DNA of 64,000 nt from Phoronis australis. Lineage: Eukaryota; Animalia; Phoronida. This document shows positions 11,880 through 25,122 of the stretch, in pieces (positions within the stretch are counted from its first letter, which is position 1; each line of letters starts with the position of its first letter). A program made the position numbers and the translations under genes. The stretch is taken from NCBI GenBank assembly GCA_002633005.1, contig NMRA01000058.1, forward strand, positions 473,585-537,584, given 5' to 3'. Under the pieces are notes generated by a model, which saw nothing but the letters and a program-made list of their open reading frames with translations, was not told where the DNA came from and did no database searches.

Positions 11880-14800
11880 GAGTGACTCCATATAAATCCA
11901 ACAGGTAGAGTCTATACCCAAAATCACCGATTTTTTTGAAACTTAGTGCATTAGTATGGTTTGTTGAGATGTAGAAAAACCTCACTTTTTAAGAATTTTC
12001 AACAAAATTGGGCATCGAAGTAAGCATGTTTGAATGCATTTTACTAGCATGAGTGATAAGGTCAAAACAAATGAATAATACGAATTGAAAGGGCAGTGGC
12101 TGAATAATTTAATGGCATAACTTTTAAAATCCATTTTTAAATTTGTACGTTTTGAATTTGTGAGGCAAAAACGGCTATTTCACTGATGCCATTTTCGGCC
12201 AAATTTGGCACTCTGTAGCAGCCATAATACACCGTTCCTGAAATTGACTTTATAATAATTTGTTAAGTCATTCCTAACCTGTTCATAATCTAAAATAAAA
12301 AATCTTGCCTCTAATGTAGTTTTTGCGTACAATGCATTACACAAACTGCACTTCGTCCTTTTGCATGTTCTCAGTTGCATCTGCTGCCAATAGGGGGCTC
12401 TTGGAACATATAATTAGCTTGCGAAACACGACATAAAAACCTCGTATTTTGGAGAAAAGGCAGACAGCATTATTAATTACCATTCTCTGAAAACGGCATT
12501 GATGATTATTGCTCATTACAAAAAATATGTAAATACGTAAATTAACTGGCATGCGCGGTTCTAGATGATAGATAGCGCTGCTTTTGTTTACGTGGAGACT
12601 AAAGACGCATCTAGAATAAGAGCAGTAACACAAAAACCTTGCTATAATTCAAGACTGTGAGATATTGCCCTGCATTATAAATGAGAACACATGGTTTTGG
12701 ATAAATTTTAGAGAGGTTCTAGTGTGACTGAACTCACCCGTGCCTTGTTTCATATCTGCCTTTTTCATGCCACAGGCAAAGGAAGGCACCCAAGGTGAAT
12801 ATGGCGCCCTAGTGTTCAGTGCAAAAAATCCTTCAACTTGTCAATAGTCTTTGTAACTTTGGGTACATATTGTAATGTCCCTCCTGGTTGCTACAAATTT
12901 TAGTCGCCACCAGTCGTCAGAAATCTGGTGTTCCCGCCCACACACCGGGCACACTAACGCTGAATATTTCTGCCAGTGTGATCATCAGTGGTATAAAAAG
13001 GTACACATTGAGTCAATAGAAAATAATTCTCGAGAGACAAGTTTATTAATGACTCATTCATGACAGACATGAAGTAAACAGAAGTAAAGGTCTCGACTTC
13101 ATATATCACAAATCTTTGACTGGTATGCTACAAAACTAGGATAAACGTTGAGCTCATTTACATGTACCACTTCATTCAGTAAATCTGACGACATAACAGC
13201 ATCTTCAGCAGAAATAGCATCGTCATAAACATTGCTGCAGACAACCTCGAAAAAATCCACCAATCTGCGATTCAATTAATATCACAGGTAAACACTTTCC
13301 CAGTGGGTTCTCGTAATCTTTTCTCCATTTTGGCACTTCCGAGGGTGAACGTTTTTACCTGATTTATCTCCTTCATCGAATATGTTCGTCAGAAAGTTCT
13401 TAACCTTTGCTCAAAATGCCAAACCTATTGCTTCAGTATTCGTCTCATCCAAATAGTACTCTGAGGCTGCCTCAAATGACGCTCCGGTTCTTGCATCTGA
13501 AAGCATTTCTAACCACTGTCGTGCGATGTGGTCATACGTGGTTTCCCTCTGTAAATGTTCAGTGTGGTTACCCACATCCAAATGCTGACCTAGTTCTGCG
13601 TCTGTAGCAAAAACTTTCGAGTAACCTAGATAGATACAAGGGAACTTTTGTTGAGGCTCTTCACTAGATACAATGCCAACCTTAACTCTTGGTGCTGAAA
13701 ATCCGCCATGTCTAGAGATGTTATTGTCTTTTAGGGAAATAGGTATCCCATTTTCTCAGTATTTGTAAGAACTTACCGTCACCTACTTGGAATGATTTCC
13801 ACACGCGAATTCCTTGGGTGGAATAGTGGGAATTTGGTAATGAGTATTTTGGAAAAGACTTTGTTGCATTGACTGAACATGCATACACATAACATCCCTT
13901 CACACGGCCACTGGAAAGTAATGCTTCTTTCAAATCCAGAAAGTTTATGATATTGCTACCTTTGGCTACAAAGTACTTTGCATGTTGTTTGAGTGGAGCG
14001 ATCTTGTGATCACAGAGATCCTTTCCATTCTGACTTTCACTAAAGTCATATCTCGAAACAGAAATGTCGATAGAATTTGACAAGGCTGCTACGTTCAGGA
14101 GGAGAGGAGTAGAGTGGTAACATCCAGCATTACCTGACTCTTCCATGGCTGGTCCTGTTCAGTCCGAAATTCACCGACTCTGGGTAGTACGAGTCCGTAC
14201 TTTGGCACAGGCCTTGCTTTGTGAGGTAGTTTCCTGTATCTCAAATGTTCAGTGGTGTCTTTGACATAACTCACTAAAGCACAACGCTTTTGAGATCGGA
14301 TTTTTTGCAGAATAAACTCTAAAGGAACATGAAGGCCCATCAACATCGTCCGCCATTTTGTCTTTTTAAAATGCACTTGCTTCTCTCAAAACCAGTCATT
14401 ACAAATATCAATTCTTACTCGTTTAATCTTAAAGGCATTTATTTCCGTTTATAAGTTCTACAGAGTGTTTAACTTAAGCTGATAATGTAAAAGAAATGAA
14501 AGAATACAAGAGGGTTACACGTACATTTTTTATATATCCTCAAGGTTAACCTCAACTGACTCCCTCAGTGGGCAAAGGTCATCCGGCTCATTTTTGATAC
14601 TAGTCACGTAATAAACCCGGAAAACATCTTGTTTTCATTTGAAAGAGTTTAGACTTGGTTTCTATAACTATTTAAAGCAGACTTCTTGCCTAAAAGTTTG
14701 TTTGGTGGAAAAACTGAAAACATTTTGATGGAAGGGGGATTGTATTTTCAACTCATTAGACAGGCATCAATTTTCTGATGGACCTTTTGGATTTTGAAAC

Positions 14801-15000
14801 CATATTCATGATCTGGGAGATATTGAAAGAGATATAAGCTTTCAAACTGGACTCACTATGCAGAACAATAAAAGTGAAACCCGAGCCCTCCAGGGCAAAG
14901 TGAGTAAATTCTTCCCAGTTAAATAAAATAACTATCGTATACTTTGTTTTTCAGAAATATTTTGTTTTCCAAAATTGTTTCACCTCCGGGTATAGATTAT
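11880..15000 (-). mobile_element. Sola3-like DNA transposon fossil (one terminus visible; right boundary approximate)
   Basis: TTAA|GAG terminus at 11876-11882 in a TTAA site of family B; decayed transposase inside; no second terminus found. Confidence 0.55.
12900..14400 (-). pseudogene. Frameshifted Sola3-like DDD transposase with C2H2 finger
   Basis: Motifs SGNAGCYH (cf. SDNAGCYH), RYDFSESQNGKDLCD, GIRVWKSFQVGDGK, QHLDVGNH, FDEGDKSGK, QIxxFFSRL; multiple stops and frameshifts. Sola3 assignment is from recall. Confidence 0.7.
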
Positions 15001-15819
15001 AGCTCGACTGATATTTACCCTAGGCAACAAACCTTGTCCACATAAACTCTTGTTGCTTCCTTATTTTAGAATTTTCAAATATTATCACAGAAAGGTTTAT
15101 ACAGAAAGTGTCCTGAAATTAGTGAGAACACGTGTGTATCTTTGAGATGTTACTTCATGGGACTTTTATGGTACAAGTTTCAGAAACTCCTACTCTTCTT
15201 AACTACACAACATGATATAATCTTAATAAGTGAAATGTTATCATGTTACCAGGATTTCATTAATAAATGCTCTAGAGACCAGGCAAACCCTAATTATACA
15301 GAAGTTAAGTTCTGCCGGTATAATTACTGTATTCTAAGAGAAATTCAATAACCGAAATCATTTAGGTAAGCTACAATTAATACAGCCCCAGAAATGCAGT
15401 AAATCCAGGTTCCCATTCACTCTTTTGCACATGAAGGAGTAAGACCATGCTCGGAAGACCAGGAGACACCTTTGTGCAATGCTCGATTGTCAGCCAGTAA
15501 CGCCAGGATAAGAACCCGGGTCTCCCAAACGGGAGTCGGGAGCCGCACTGTCTCATGCCAGTTAAAATGCTTATCCATAATATTTCAGGATTCAAATTTA
15601 AAGTAGTCAAACCAATCTCCCCGTTAAAAAATCATGTTGAATTATGAGGGTGATCCTCTAACTTCCTTTGCTACCACTAATTTAAGTCTATGGCATGAAA
15701 AAGAAGTTTTTGTTAACCAATTGAGCATGGGTCTATACCTCAACTCACAGAAGTTGTACTTGTATCATAATTTTATCAACTAATAATTATACCTGTGTTG
15801 TAACTAATAATGAAGCTTA

Positions 15820-17483
15820 CTACTTGCTTATATGTCCGGTCTATAATGTTGGGCGTGATGGAGCTACACTGACGTCGGACTTCAGGCATGTCAGTTAAAA
15901 CATACATCGGCGGATTGAAGTAACGGCTTTAGACGGCCTCAAGTGGAATAGCGCACACGATACAGTGGCGCCGTGATCCCGAGCGTAATTGGGTATTTAC
16001 GTACCTTGGTCACTGATGGTCATCTCTTAGAACTAAGGTATTTCTACAGGTAGGCGCCAGCGTTCAGTACGGCAAGTAATTCTTGAGAGAAAAGTAAGAT
16101 CCCCCAAGACTCCGCTAGTTCACCATGTATTTTTAAGGTAAGCATGTGATTTGCTCCCTGCTATATAATTTGGCAACCAAACATGTGGTAATGACAGGTC
16201 TTCCTAATACTTTGAAGGTTTGAACTATGTAACATATTATATACATTTTGTTTCTGTATTGAACAGCCAAAGCTGACCTCCCAAAATTTGTTCAAAGCAG
16301 TGCTCAACAATCCAACGATACTACTATTAAGCAAAAGGGGTGGTCGGTTGGCTGGGAAAATAATGAAGCAAAAACACATCATGTAAAAAGTCATCGAGCA
16401 AATCAAGAGTTAAAAAAACAAGTTTTTGACCACGTGGAATGTTCGACTTGCTCTTAACGACAAGTTGATTTCATGCGCCGTTGCTTTTGGTTGGGCGCTT
16501 TCATTTTGGTGTCAGGAGTGAGTCCTTAAAAACATTCCGTTAACCAAGACAAGTAGCTAATGTCACCACAATGGCTCATGTCTGCTTATATTCAAAGCAA
16601 TGTGACAGTTTCTCCTTTTACTCTGCCATGAATTCAGTGTTGAATTGAGAGAATTTGAGCCTGACAACGTATACGATTCGTATACGGTTTCCATCTCAAA
16701 TAATATCGTTGGTCATGCACCAGCGAGTGTGCTCCTGTTTTTTCTTATTTCATTGCTCAGGGTGGTGATGTTTTGTGTACTGTCACAGGGAATCACAGAA
16801 AGGCAGGCCACGGACTTAATTAACCTGTCAGGCACCACTTTGTTGGTTCTTTAAGGGCAACGAAATAAATTTGACAAGAACTGTCTCAGTGATCAGTACA
16901 TGCTGACACGAGTTCAACGCCTGAGTGAAACAAAACAATTGTCTCCTTCAGTGAAGAGCATGAGAACACGGGCATGCTTTCAGTAACACTAGGACCAGCT
17001 ACGTTAGGACCTATGCTAGGACCTATGCTAGGACCTATGCTAGGACCTATGCTAGGACCTATGCTAGGACCTATGCTAGGACCTATGCTAGGACCTATGC
17101 TAGGACCTAGCTAAAATCTAGCCAAAGTCGTGTGTTCTTATTTAAAATACATACCAATATCTCACGTAACCTCCCAACGTCTTGCTGTTTAGCGAGGACC
17201 TAGCGTTACTGAACGGGAAGCGGGTATTTTACCGCCATCGTAAGGCAAGGTTCCGCTAACACTGATAGATTGTCACTGAAAGGTAAGGGAGTTGAGCATG
17301 TTTTGGAATCTTAGTTTTGTGCGACAAGTGTTCACACAAGCACAGACACTTTTCAGGAGGTCTCATCGTGAAAAATTAGGGGTGGGCGGCAAGCCAAGCA
17401 TGGAAGCTTAAAAAAGAAAAATTGGAAAATTTTGGGGGTGGGCAGTAAGCCGAGCATAGGCGGTAACCCGGACAAGTACGGTA
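15820..17483. mobile_element. Tc1/mariner (Tigger/pogo-like) MITE with internal cargo
   Basis: Right end cccggacaagtacggta (TACCGTA-type TIR); degenerate left end tatatgtccggtctataa; internal modules shared with 41.35-42.3 kb. Confidence 0.45.
17005..17110. repeat. 12-bp minisatellite (CTATGCTAGGAC)n, ~8 copies
   Basis: Perfect tandem units visible. Confidence 0.95.
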
Positions 17484-17759
17484 CTCCAAACCTTTGTCAT
17501 CTCATTTTTGAATGTCGTAGTAAGCAACTGATTTATTAATTTCTACGCTATGCTGAGCTTTTCTTTGTTTAATATTTTTCAATATGTTAGTTCTTTTATC
17601 TCATATGATTTCCTTTTCTTTTGTTTTTTTCCTTTGTGTTATTAGCCACTATTATATTTTTACTTAAATAATTTATGGCTATGTACATGTAAGGTTACAT
17701 ATAATGATTCATTTTCTGGGAAAATTCCCTGTACAATTATTGTACTGTGTTATACAAAC

Positions 17760-17886
17760 CTTTCATAATTGTATCTGTTTTGGAGAAACTGCCTGTGCGC
17801 AGCCTTTGTATCTTGATCCAAGTTAGAAGTTGATTCCTGCAGCTGGGTCATTTTCACTTGATTTTCTTCGATGTTTTTCTCTAAAG
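17760..17886 (-). CDS. SIX6OS1: Coding exon 3 (127 nt, phase 1-2) of SIX6OS1-like gene: LEKNIEENQVKMTQLQESTSNLDQDTKAAHRQFLQNRYNYE(S)
   Basis: Acceptor ttctgttcgttcacag, donor AAG|gtttgt; 41 open codons with heptad character. I-x-EN-x-V, E, D and N fall at the same spacing as in the recalled human SIX6OS1 residues 37-78. Confidence 0.78.
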
Positions 17887-18122
17887 CTGTGAACGAACAG
17901 AACCACTTCATAAATCACACAATTCTCTGGAACTGTAATACATCAGAAATTCATTTGCAATCTACAAAGTTGACAACATGTCAGTCATATTTTCTTAGCC
18001 GTGCCTGTGAAATCCAATGGGAAACTAGGTGTAAAACATGGGGAAAATCACATAAATTTATACTAAAATATGTTATTTTTGCCATGTTGAGAAACTAGTG
18101 CTAAGTATTACCTTTCTACTTC

Positions 18123-18890
18123 CCAGGGTGAGAATTTTACACGTTTGACACTCTTGAGCTTGTCAAATGCGTCAAACATGTAAAAAGCGTGTAGTATGTG
18201 TCAAAATTGCCACGCTAACGTGTAAAACGTGTAAAATTTTACACACTAGCATGTCAAATGTGTAATGTGCCACTCTAGCTTGTCAAACGTGTAAAAGTTG
18301 ACACGCTAGCTAGCGTATCAAATGTGTAAATATGATAGAACTCTTCAATAGAGATACAATTTAAATAGGCTTGGCAGTTCTGAATAGGTCGCTGAGAGGT
18401 AATCACCCAATTTGAATGACTAAACATGTTCCCTTAATAATATAAAAGAATTTGCAACAAAAGTATTTCACTGCCTTTTCAAATGTACAAATACTGACAG
18501 AGATACAGTTGGTTTAGCTGTCAGAGAGTGCAGTTGAGTCAGGAGACCACTTATGAAGCATGGTTTTCGAGTGTGATGCAGCTCTAGATGTTTGGTATGT
18601 ACGTATTCTAGTTGACAGTGGCTTGTTAAACCTTTCTTGCAAATGGTCTTTCTGTTAAACAAGTAAGTTGGACTGTAACAGAAAACAAGAGAGTCAGTAG
18701 AAACACACTACATGTGTCAATCATGGAGTATTAGAACAAAAATTACACATTTTTGTCACGTTTTTGCCACCTTTGACACGCTACATTTTACACGTTTGAC
18801 ATGTCACGTTTTACACGTTTGACACTAGACACGCTGTTCCAATACTCCACTTTCTCAGAGGGTGTAAAACCTGTAAAACTCTAACCCGGG
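18123..18890. mobile_element. CACTA/EnSpm-like MITE copy 1 with ACACGTTT(G/T) subterminal repeats
   Basis: TIR cc(a/c)gggt(g/t)aga.ttttac; 2-bp TSD TC (18121-22, 18891-92); inverted homolog at 37678-38388. Confidence 0.75.
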
Positions 18891-19004
18891 TCATTAGCTT
18901 AGATCGACATGAATAGAAAGGGCTTGCTAAATAGGCATTATAAAAGTTTTCTGAGGGCAAAGAGAATCTCAGGGTTGACCAGTGTAAGTGAGAAGTTCTC
19001 TACA

Positions 19005-19151
19005 TGTACTTTCTTGAGTTAAAATCGATAGTTCTGCAGATATTTGGCTAAAAACACAGACTTGTATGTAAAGTTATGTAGGACTATCTCTGCAAGTCAG
19101 TGTATTTATCCAAATAGACTTGCTATAGATTTTAACTCAGTAAAAGTACAT
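19005..19151. mobile_element. Small palindromic MITE
   Basis: Arms tgtactttcttgagttaaaatcgatag...cacagacttg and caagtcagtgt...ctatagattttaactcagtaaaagtaca are inverted complements. Confidence 0.55.
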
Positions 19152-19324
19152 ATTTTCTATTAGGCTGGTAAAATTTGGTTTTTGATCTTTAACCAATATG
19201 CCATTAATGGCATCATACGGCAATGCCTGTTTAGTAAAATTTAGCAAACAAAAAGTTACATTGATAACAACGTGATTCACATCCTTTGTGAATTTTGGCA
19301 CTTTAAATTATAACTTTGATTTAG

Positions 19325-19870
19325 AACTCTTGAAAATTTGGGAAAAGTAACTGTTATAAAATCACTTATTTCCAAAATTAACCATTTATCATTGTTCATT
19401 GCCTATTCCATCTTCAACCTTTTTAAATAAAGTGAACGATTTGTTTTTCTTTAACTTGGAAATACGAATCCGACAAGATTAAGAGAGCTATATTGACAAA
19501 AAGCATCAGAGAAGGGGGTGTTAATATGATAGACCTGAAACATTTTAATGTAAAGCCCTCAAACTTTCATGCATAAGGAGACATTATAACGCTCAATACA
19601 AGTAGAGACTGCTTATTGACGCAGAGTTTGGTATTGCAAATAATGACATTTCAAAACACGGGAGATTTTCCTTGACAGACAAATTGAATGTTAATAACAA
19701 ACTTTGCCGTGAATGTTTACAACATCTTTAATTAGAAAACAGTATGATGATGTGGACAAGCATAAATGCTTGTTTCTGCAAATATTTTAAACAACAGTAA
19801 AATTCTAGTAGGCGAGCAACCCTTTTAAGTGGAATCTTTTTTAAAGAAAAATGGTATTTCACTCAAATAT
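19325..19870 (+). mobile_element. L1/Tx1-clade LINE ORF2 fragment (post-RT region)
   Basis: Translates to GKVTVIKSLISKINHL and SDKIKRAILTKSIREGGVNMIDLKHF..ALKLS.IRR, typical of L1/Tx1; frameshifted. Confidence 0.75.
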
Positions 19871-19889
19871 ATTTATGTGAGCATATGGA

Positions 19890-21738
19890 CCCGTCTTACT
19901 CCTTTACCCCCTTTATTCGGTCTAGTCCATTAATTCCTTTGTGCAGGACTACTGGTCATTCTCCCAGCCTCATTGGTCAATTGTTATCACGTGCTCAGAG
20001 TTTGGTCAGCTCTGGGCTCTCATAGGCTGATGATTGTCACGTGTCTTTAGGAATTCACATTTGTTATTGTAACCTCGTTTTTTGTCGACCTCCTTCGTTC
20101 AGGCCTCGTTGACATACGACTAAAACTTCTCAAATGTTTCGTGGCACGCCATTCTCCTAACGATAAGCTCGTTTCCCTATCTTTGTACGATGCCTATTCC
20201 CTGTGTTCGTCTCGGTTCTTCATATATTCGTTGGCTGGGCCAGTTTGCCCAGTCCCGCTCTCCTCAGGTTAACCTGGGGTTTGATTCCCTCATTATGCAG
20301 TCACATTTTCTGGGTTTGTCAGGTGCCACCCTGTCGCCGGGCCCCCGATCCATGTACCAACACGTCCTCCGACTGTCCTGCATTCCCCCCCGTTTCGTTT
20401 TCCTTCAGGTCGGAGGGAACGACATCTCGTCCCCATCCTCCGATCCCATCCGCGTTGCTCGTTCATTTACACTCTTGCCCTACACATCCTTTCCCACTTC
20501 CCCTCCATCCAACGCATCATTGTTGGTCAGGTTTTCCAACACTTTCACGACGACGGTGGGTTCAATCTTCGCTGCCGCTCCCTCAACACTGCCCTCCGTT
20601 CCTTACTCCGTCCCCCCTCCTCTGTATCCCTCTGGACCCACCGCGGCGGTTTCTGGCGAGACCCTTTACTGTGACCGGGTCCACCTTAACCTGGCGGGTC
20701 TTCATAAACAAGCCCTCAGTGTTCGTTTTGCCTTTGGGTTCTATACCAGTTTGCCCCTTCCTCCTAATTCCGTCCCTTACCCGGCCACTAATTCCCGGTC
20801 ACGAATTTGTATTTCCCTCTTACCCCTATTCTTATCAAGCCCCTACCCCACTTGTGTCGGTGTCACGCCCGGCATTGTCTGCCTCTGGCTTCCCCGTTCT
20901 CGGCACTGTGTGCCGTCACTCCCTTTCTGCTCTCTGCGTCAGAGGCACCCTTTCTGGCACTGTGTGCCTATTTGTTCCCTTGTACATTCTCATCGATTTT
21001 TCAAGCCTTATCCACCTACGCCACTTGCGTGGCAGTGCCTTTTTGGCATAATCTGTCCCCTGTCCCCAGTGTTTCTCCACGCCCCTCACACCCTTCCTCC
21101 CACATATTTTTGGCCCCTCAATGGTGGCTTATTCCACCCTCGCTTTTCGGCCGTTCTCCTCCCCAGTGCCTTTTCGGCTTCATATGCCTCCCTGTCTCCA
21201 GTTTTCAAAGCTGGTTGTCACCCCTTTCTCCCCTAAGTCTTTTCGGCCACTCACTGGCGGCCTGTTATGCCCTTGCTTTTCGGTACTTCTCCTCCCCTCT
21301 TCTTTCCCTTTCAGATGCCTCGGAAATCGACACGTGCTTCAACCTCACCATACGCTCGCCCATCACCATCTTCAACGGTGACCACTTCCACCGCCTCAGC
21401 TCCACCAACTCCAGACATCTCTACCAACGTGGCGACTGTCATCTCGCAACTCCGGGAGGACCCATCTCTCTTGACACCATCCTCGTCAACCACTTCACTG
21501 TCTCCCGTTGCCACTGCACCAGCGCCTCAACCGGCTACCGTCTCCACACCCGGGAATCAGCCTCAACCAACTGCTTCGCCACCCAGCCTGCCGCCCATAT
21601 CTGGTGACGACCCTTAATCTTGATGAGGTTCATAACCTTGATTGTTACGGACCAGTTCGTTGATTTTTACCATGTTCTGCCCCCCACTCAATCGTTCTCT
21701 GTCCTGTCCATTACTCTCCGGGATGACCAGCAGGTCAT
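19890..21738 (+). mobile_element. Ngaro/DIRS-like tyrosine-recombinase retrotransposon relic (SGNH hydrolase ORF then gag-like ORF); continues at 30975-31070 after the Gypsy insertion
   Basis: C-rich block; ORF 20190-20730 has SGNH blocks; S/T/P-rich gag start MPRKSTRAS (~21315); continuation WFLTF..FTCIY at ~31027-31065 resembles the DIRS/Ngaro gag WxxAFxxYxxIY motif. Confidence 0.6.
20190..20740 (+). pseudogene. SGNH/GDSL hydrolase (retrotransposon-borne), probably degenerate
   Basis: Block I LGSSYIRWL, block II GLSGA, block III FLQVGGND, block V DRVHLN; the middle looks frameshifted. Confidence 0.7.
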
Positions 21739-21818
21739 TGTTCTGAAGTTGTATGGCTTCTTGTTTAGTATTTTGTGTTTTTGAATTAACCTGGCAGATG
21801 GTGCTCAACAACTAAACA
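21739..21818 (+). repeat. 5' LTR (80 bp)
   Basis: tgttctgaag...caactaaaca; 74/80 identical to the 3' LTR. Confidence 0.95.
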
Positions 21819-21836
21819 TGGTGGCAGCGGTGGGAT
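21819..21836 (+). promoter_or_regulatory. Primer-binding site complementary to a tRNA-Leu 3' end
   Basis: TGGTGGCAGCGGTGGGAT immediately after the 5' LTR. Confidence 0.8.
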
Positions 21837-21898
21837 AAAATTTGCGCCGAAAACTCTGCAAATTGTGCATGTTAAACTGTGGGTGAATACAAGTCACA

Positions 21899-24800
21899 AT
21901 GGCAAAAATTAGTCCCCCAGATGCAGCAGCTTTCCCCTTTGACAAACCCTTGCTGTGGCCTGAGTGGCGTAAACGTTTCATGCAATATTGACTCGCATCC
22001 AAACTGAACAAAGACGACGGGGAAGTCCAAGTAGCGGCCACACTTATTTACAGCATGGGCACCGATGCTGAAAATGTCTTCAAAACGTTTGGCCTGAGTG
22101 ATCCCGATGCTAAGACATTTGACATTGTCATAGAAAAATTTGATGCCCACTTCATCCCAAAAAGAAACATTATACACGAACGAGCCATATTCAACCAGAA
22201 AGTCCCGCATGCCGATGAAAATGTTGAGTCATTTTTACGAGCGTTGTATGAACAGGCCAACCACTGTGACTTCCAAGACAGAGACGACATGATACGCAAC
22301 CGGCTTGTCATAGGACGCGATCAAGATGTGTCAAAAGTTACAACTGAAATCAGGGCTTACACTCCAACAAGCTATCTTGTCTGCTCGACAGGCCGAGCAG
22401 GTTAACTCCCAGATCTGGCAGTTGTCACTCGCAACTGGCCCAGTTAAGGCCATAGGTGCCATCAGAGGTCATAGACGAGGTCAGCATCACGTTCTCCGTG
22501 GTAGAGGCAAAAGTAGGCCTAAGCATGACAGCGACACACCTTTACGCGACAGCGGCACGCAACAGAATTGTGGTCAATGCGGTTACAGTGAACACAAACG
22601 CGGTGAAATATGCCCTGCAACTGATCAGCTATGCAACAGATGTCATCAAAAAGGACCTTTCAAATCACAGTGCAGGTCAAACAAAATTAAAGATATTCAT
22701 TGGAAACGGTGAAGAAAGTGAGTCAAACGCATACGTCCTTGGTAGTTGTACAGTTGCCGATGACAACGAGGACACGTCTGACAATTGGACAGTGAATCTG
22801 ACAATCCACGGCAACTTAGTCAAGTTCAAGATCGATACCGGAGCCGATATTTCGATCATGCCAGAGTCCGTCTACGAGACACTCAAACCCCGACCCGGTT
22901 TAGAGCAGACAAAAACTGTTTTGTTCACGCGCCTAGCGGTAGACTTAAGGCGTCAGGTTCTTTTCTCGCATCAGTAAAACATGATGAGAGTAAATACATA
23001 GTTCCGCGTCTTTGTTGTATCCGGAACAAAGAGTTGTCTGTTGAGCCGAAATGTTTCCACGAAACTTGGACTTGTTTGACGCGTGGGTGAAAGAGTGTGT
23101 TTTTGCTACAACAGGACTACTGACGTGTGACCCGATAAGATACATTTGAAAGAAAACGTATAGTTTGAACGCAGCGAGGCGAATACCCATACCACTGATG
23201 CCGAAAGTTATAAGGCTGAAATCGAGCGATTTTGGTTGCAGGTGACATAATCAAACCAGTAACTCAGCCTACTCCGTGGTGTGCGCCGATTGTTAATTCC
23301 TGTTGCTAAGATTAAGGATGGAAGTGTCCGTATATGCGGAGATTTAAAGAAACTGAACCTCGCAGTGCAACGTGAACGTTTATGTTCTACCTACTTTACT
23401 ACACCAGATGCTTCTAGTGGGTATTGGGCTGTTCCACTGCAAGAGGAGAGTTGCCTTCTCACTACGTTTATCACACCGATGGGCCGTTTTTGTTTTAAAC
23501 ATTTACCGTTTGGAATTAGCTGTGCTAGCGAGATATTCCAGAGAATTATGAACGAGTTACTTGAGGGTACTCAAGCAATCATTTGGCCAGATCACTTTTG
23601 ATATATGGCAAGACCGTGAGTGAGCACGACGCAATGCTAGAAACCGTCATGAAGAGAACTGAAGAGTCCGGATTGAAACTAAACCGAGCCATTAGTGTTC
23701 GTTTCGTCAGAGTCAGTTGAGATACATCGGGCATAAATTCAATGCTTCAGGATTAATGAGTCCCGATGAGACAAAAGTACGTGCAATCATGGATCTTGAG
23801 CCGCCTACAAACGTGATGGAATTAACTTCGCAGTTCTAGGCATGGTAAAGTATCTTGGAAGATATTTGCCATCTCGCAACTGTAATGGCACCTATGAACG
23901 AACTGCTTTGTAAAGACATTGAGTTCCATTGGGGAGTTGCCCAAGAAAAATCGTTCAACAAAGAAGTTAAAGAACTCATTTGCAATAGCCCAGTACTGGC
24001 ATATTATGATGCAACCTTATCCACTGTTGTGGGTTGTGATGCTAGTAGCTATGGCATCGGCAGTGTTATCATGCAACAGCATGCTATTGCTTTCTGTTCA
24101 AGAAAATTAACGCCAGCTGAAAAAAACTATGCCCAAATTGAAAAAGAGTGTTTGGCAGCCACATGGGTTTGCGAAAAATTCCATCGATATTTATTGGGGA
24201 CTGGAGTCATTCCGTCTAATAACCGACCATAAACCGCTTGTCCCTCTGCTGAATACGTGTGACATTGATTGTGTACCGTTACGTTGTCAGAGGCTTATTA
24301 TAAGACTGTGCCTTTCAGTTTGCAAGCAGAGCAGTCTTTCCTGGCAAACTCATGGTTGTGGCAGATGCTTTATCCAGAGCACCCATTAGAGAAACCGAGT
24401 CTGAGCTACTGAACACGAGGTGGCATTCCATGTCAATGCTGTAATCGACGCCAAGTCTATGTTTCACAGGAAACTAGTTGCGATCCAAGTAGTGACTGAG
24501 CAAGATGAAGAGCTCCAGCGAAGCCATTGAATTGACCATGAATGGTTGGCCAGCCCATAAGAGTTCCGTCATCCGCGCTAGAGTTCTACAATGTGAGACA
24601 CAGCCTTTCAGTAGCCAACGGTGTACTACTGATAGGTTCCTGTATTGTAATACCACAAACTATGCGCAAAGATATTCTAAGTCGCATTCACGATGGACAC
24701 ATGGAAATTAACAAATGCTGCGAAAGAGCCCCGCATTAACGACGACATACAGATTTATTCGTGAATGTGAGTTTTGTCAAGTGCACCGACCAACACAGAA

Positions 24801-25122
24801 ACACGAGCCACTGATCGTTACACCACAACTTAATAGACCATGGCAAAAACTGGCCGTTGAGACTTATGTGAGGTAAACAAAGTGAAATGTCTTGTTATTA
24901 TGGACTATTATTCCAAGTGGTTGGAGGTAATTCGTATGACCGACACAACAGCATCTCGAGTAATTGCAGAAGAAAAAGCAGTGTTCGCGCGCTTTGGAAT
25001 CCCAGAGGAAATCGTATCGAACAATGGTCCCCCGTTTGATTCTGAAGCAATGAGGCGTTTTGCTGCATAGTATGGTATTGTTAATTCTTACGACAGTCCT
25101 CACAACCCACAGGCTAATGGCC
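21899..25122 (+). pseudogene. Gypsy gag-pol pseudogene (5' part); integrase C-terminus resumes at ~29926-30480
   Basis: Gag FPFDKPLLWPEWRKRF and double CCHC knuckle; protease FKIDTGADIS; RT DASSGYW, LPFGISCASEIFQR; RNase H CDASSYGIG, YAQIEKECLA; integrase DYYSKW, SNNGPPF, PQANG|QAESGV; many stops and frameshifts. Confidence 0.92.

Noticed and set aside
21819-21836. tRNA-Leu gene fragment
   Set aside because: Only the 18-nt complement of the tRNA 3' end, i.e. the retrotransposon PBS.
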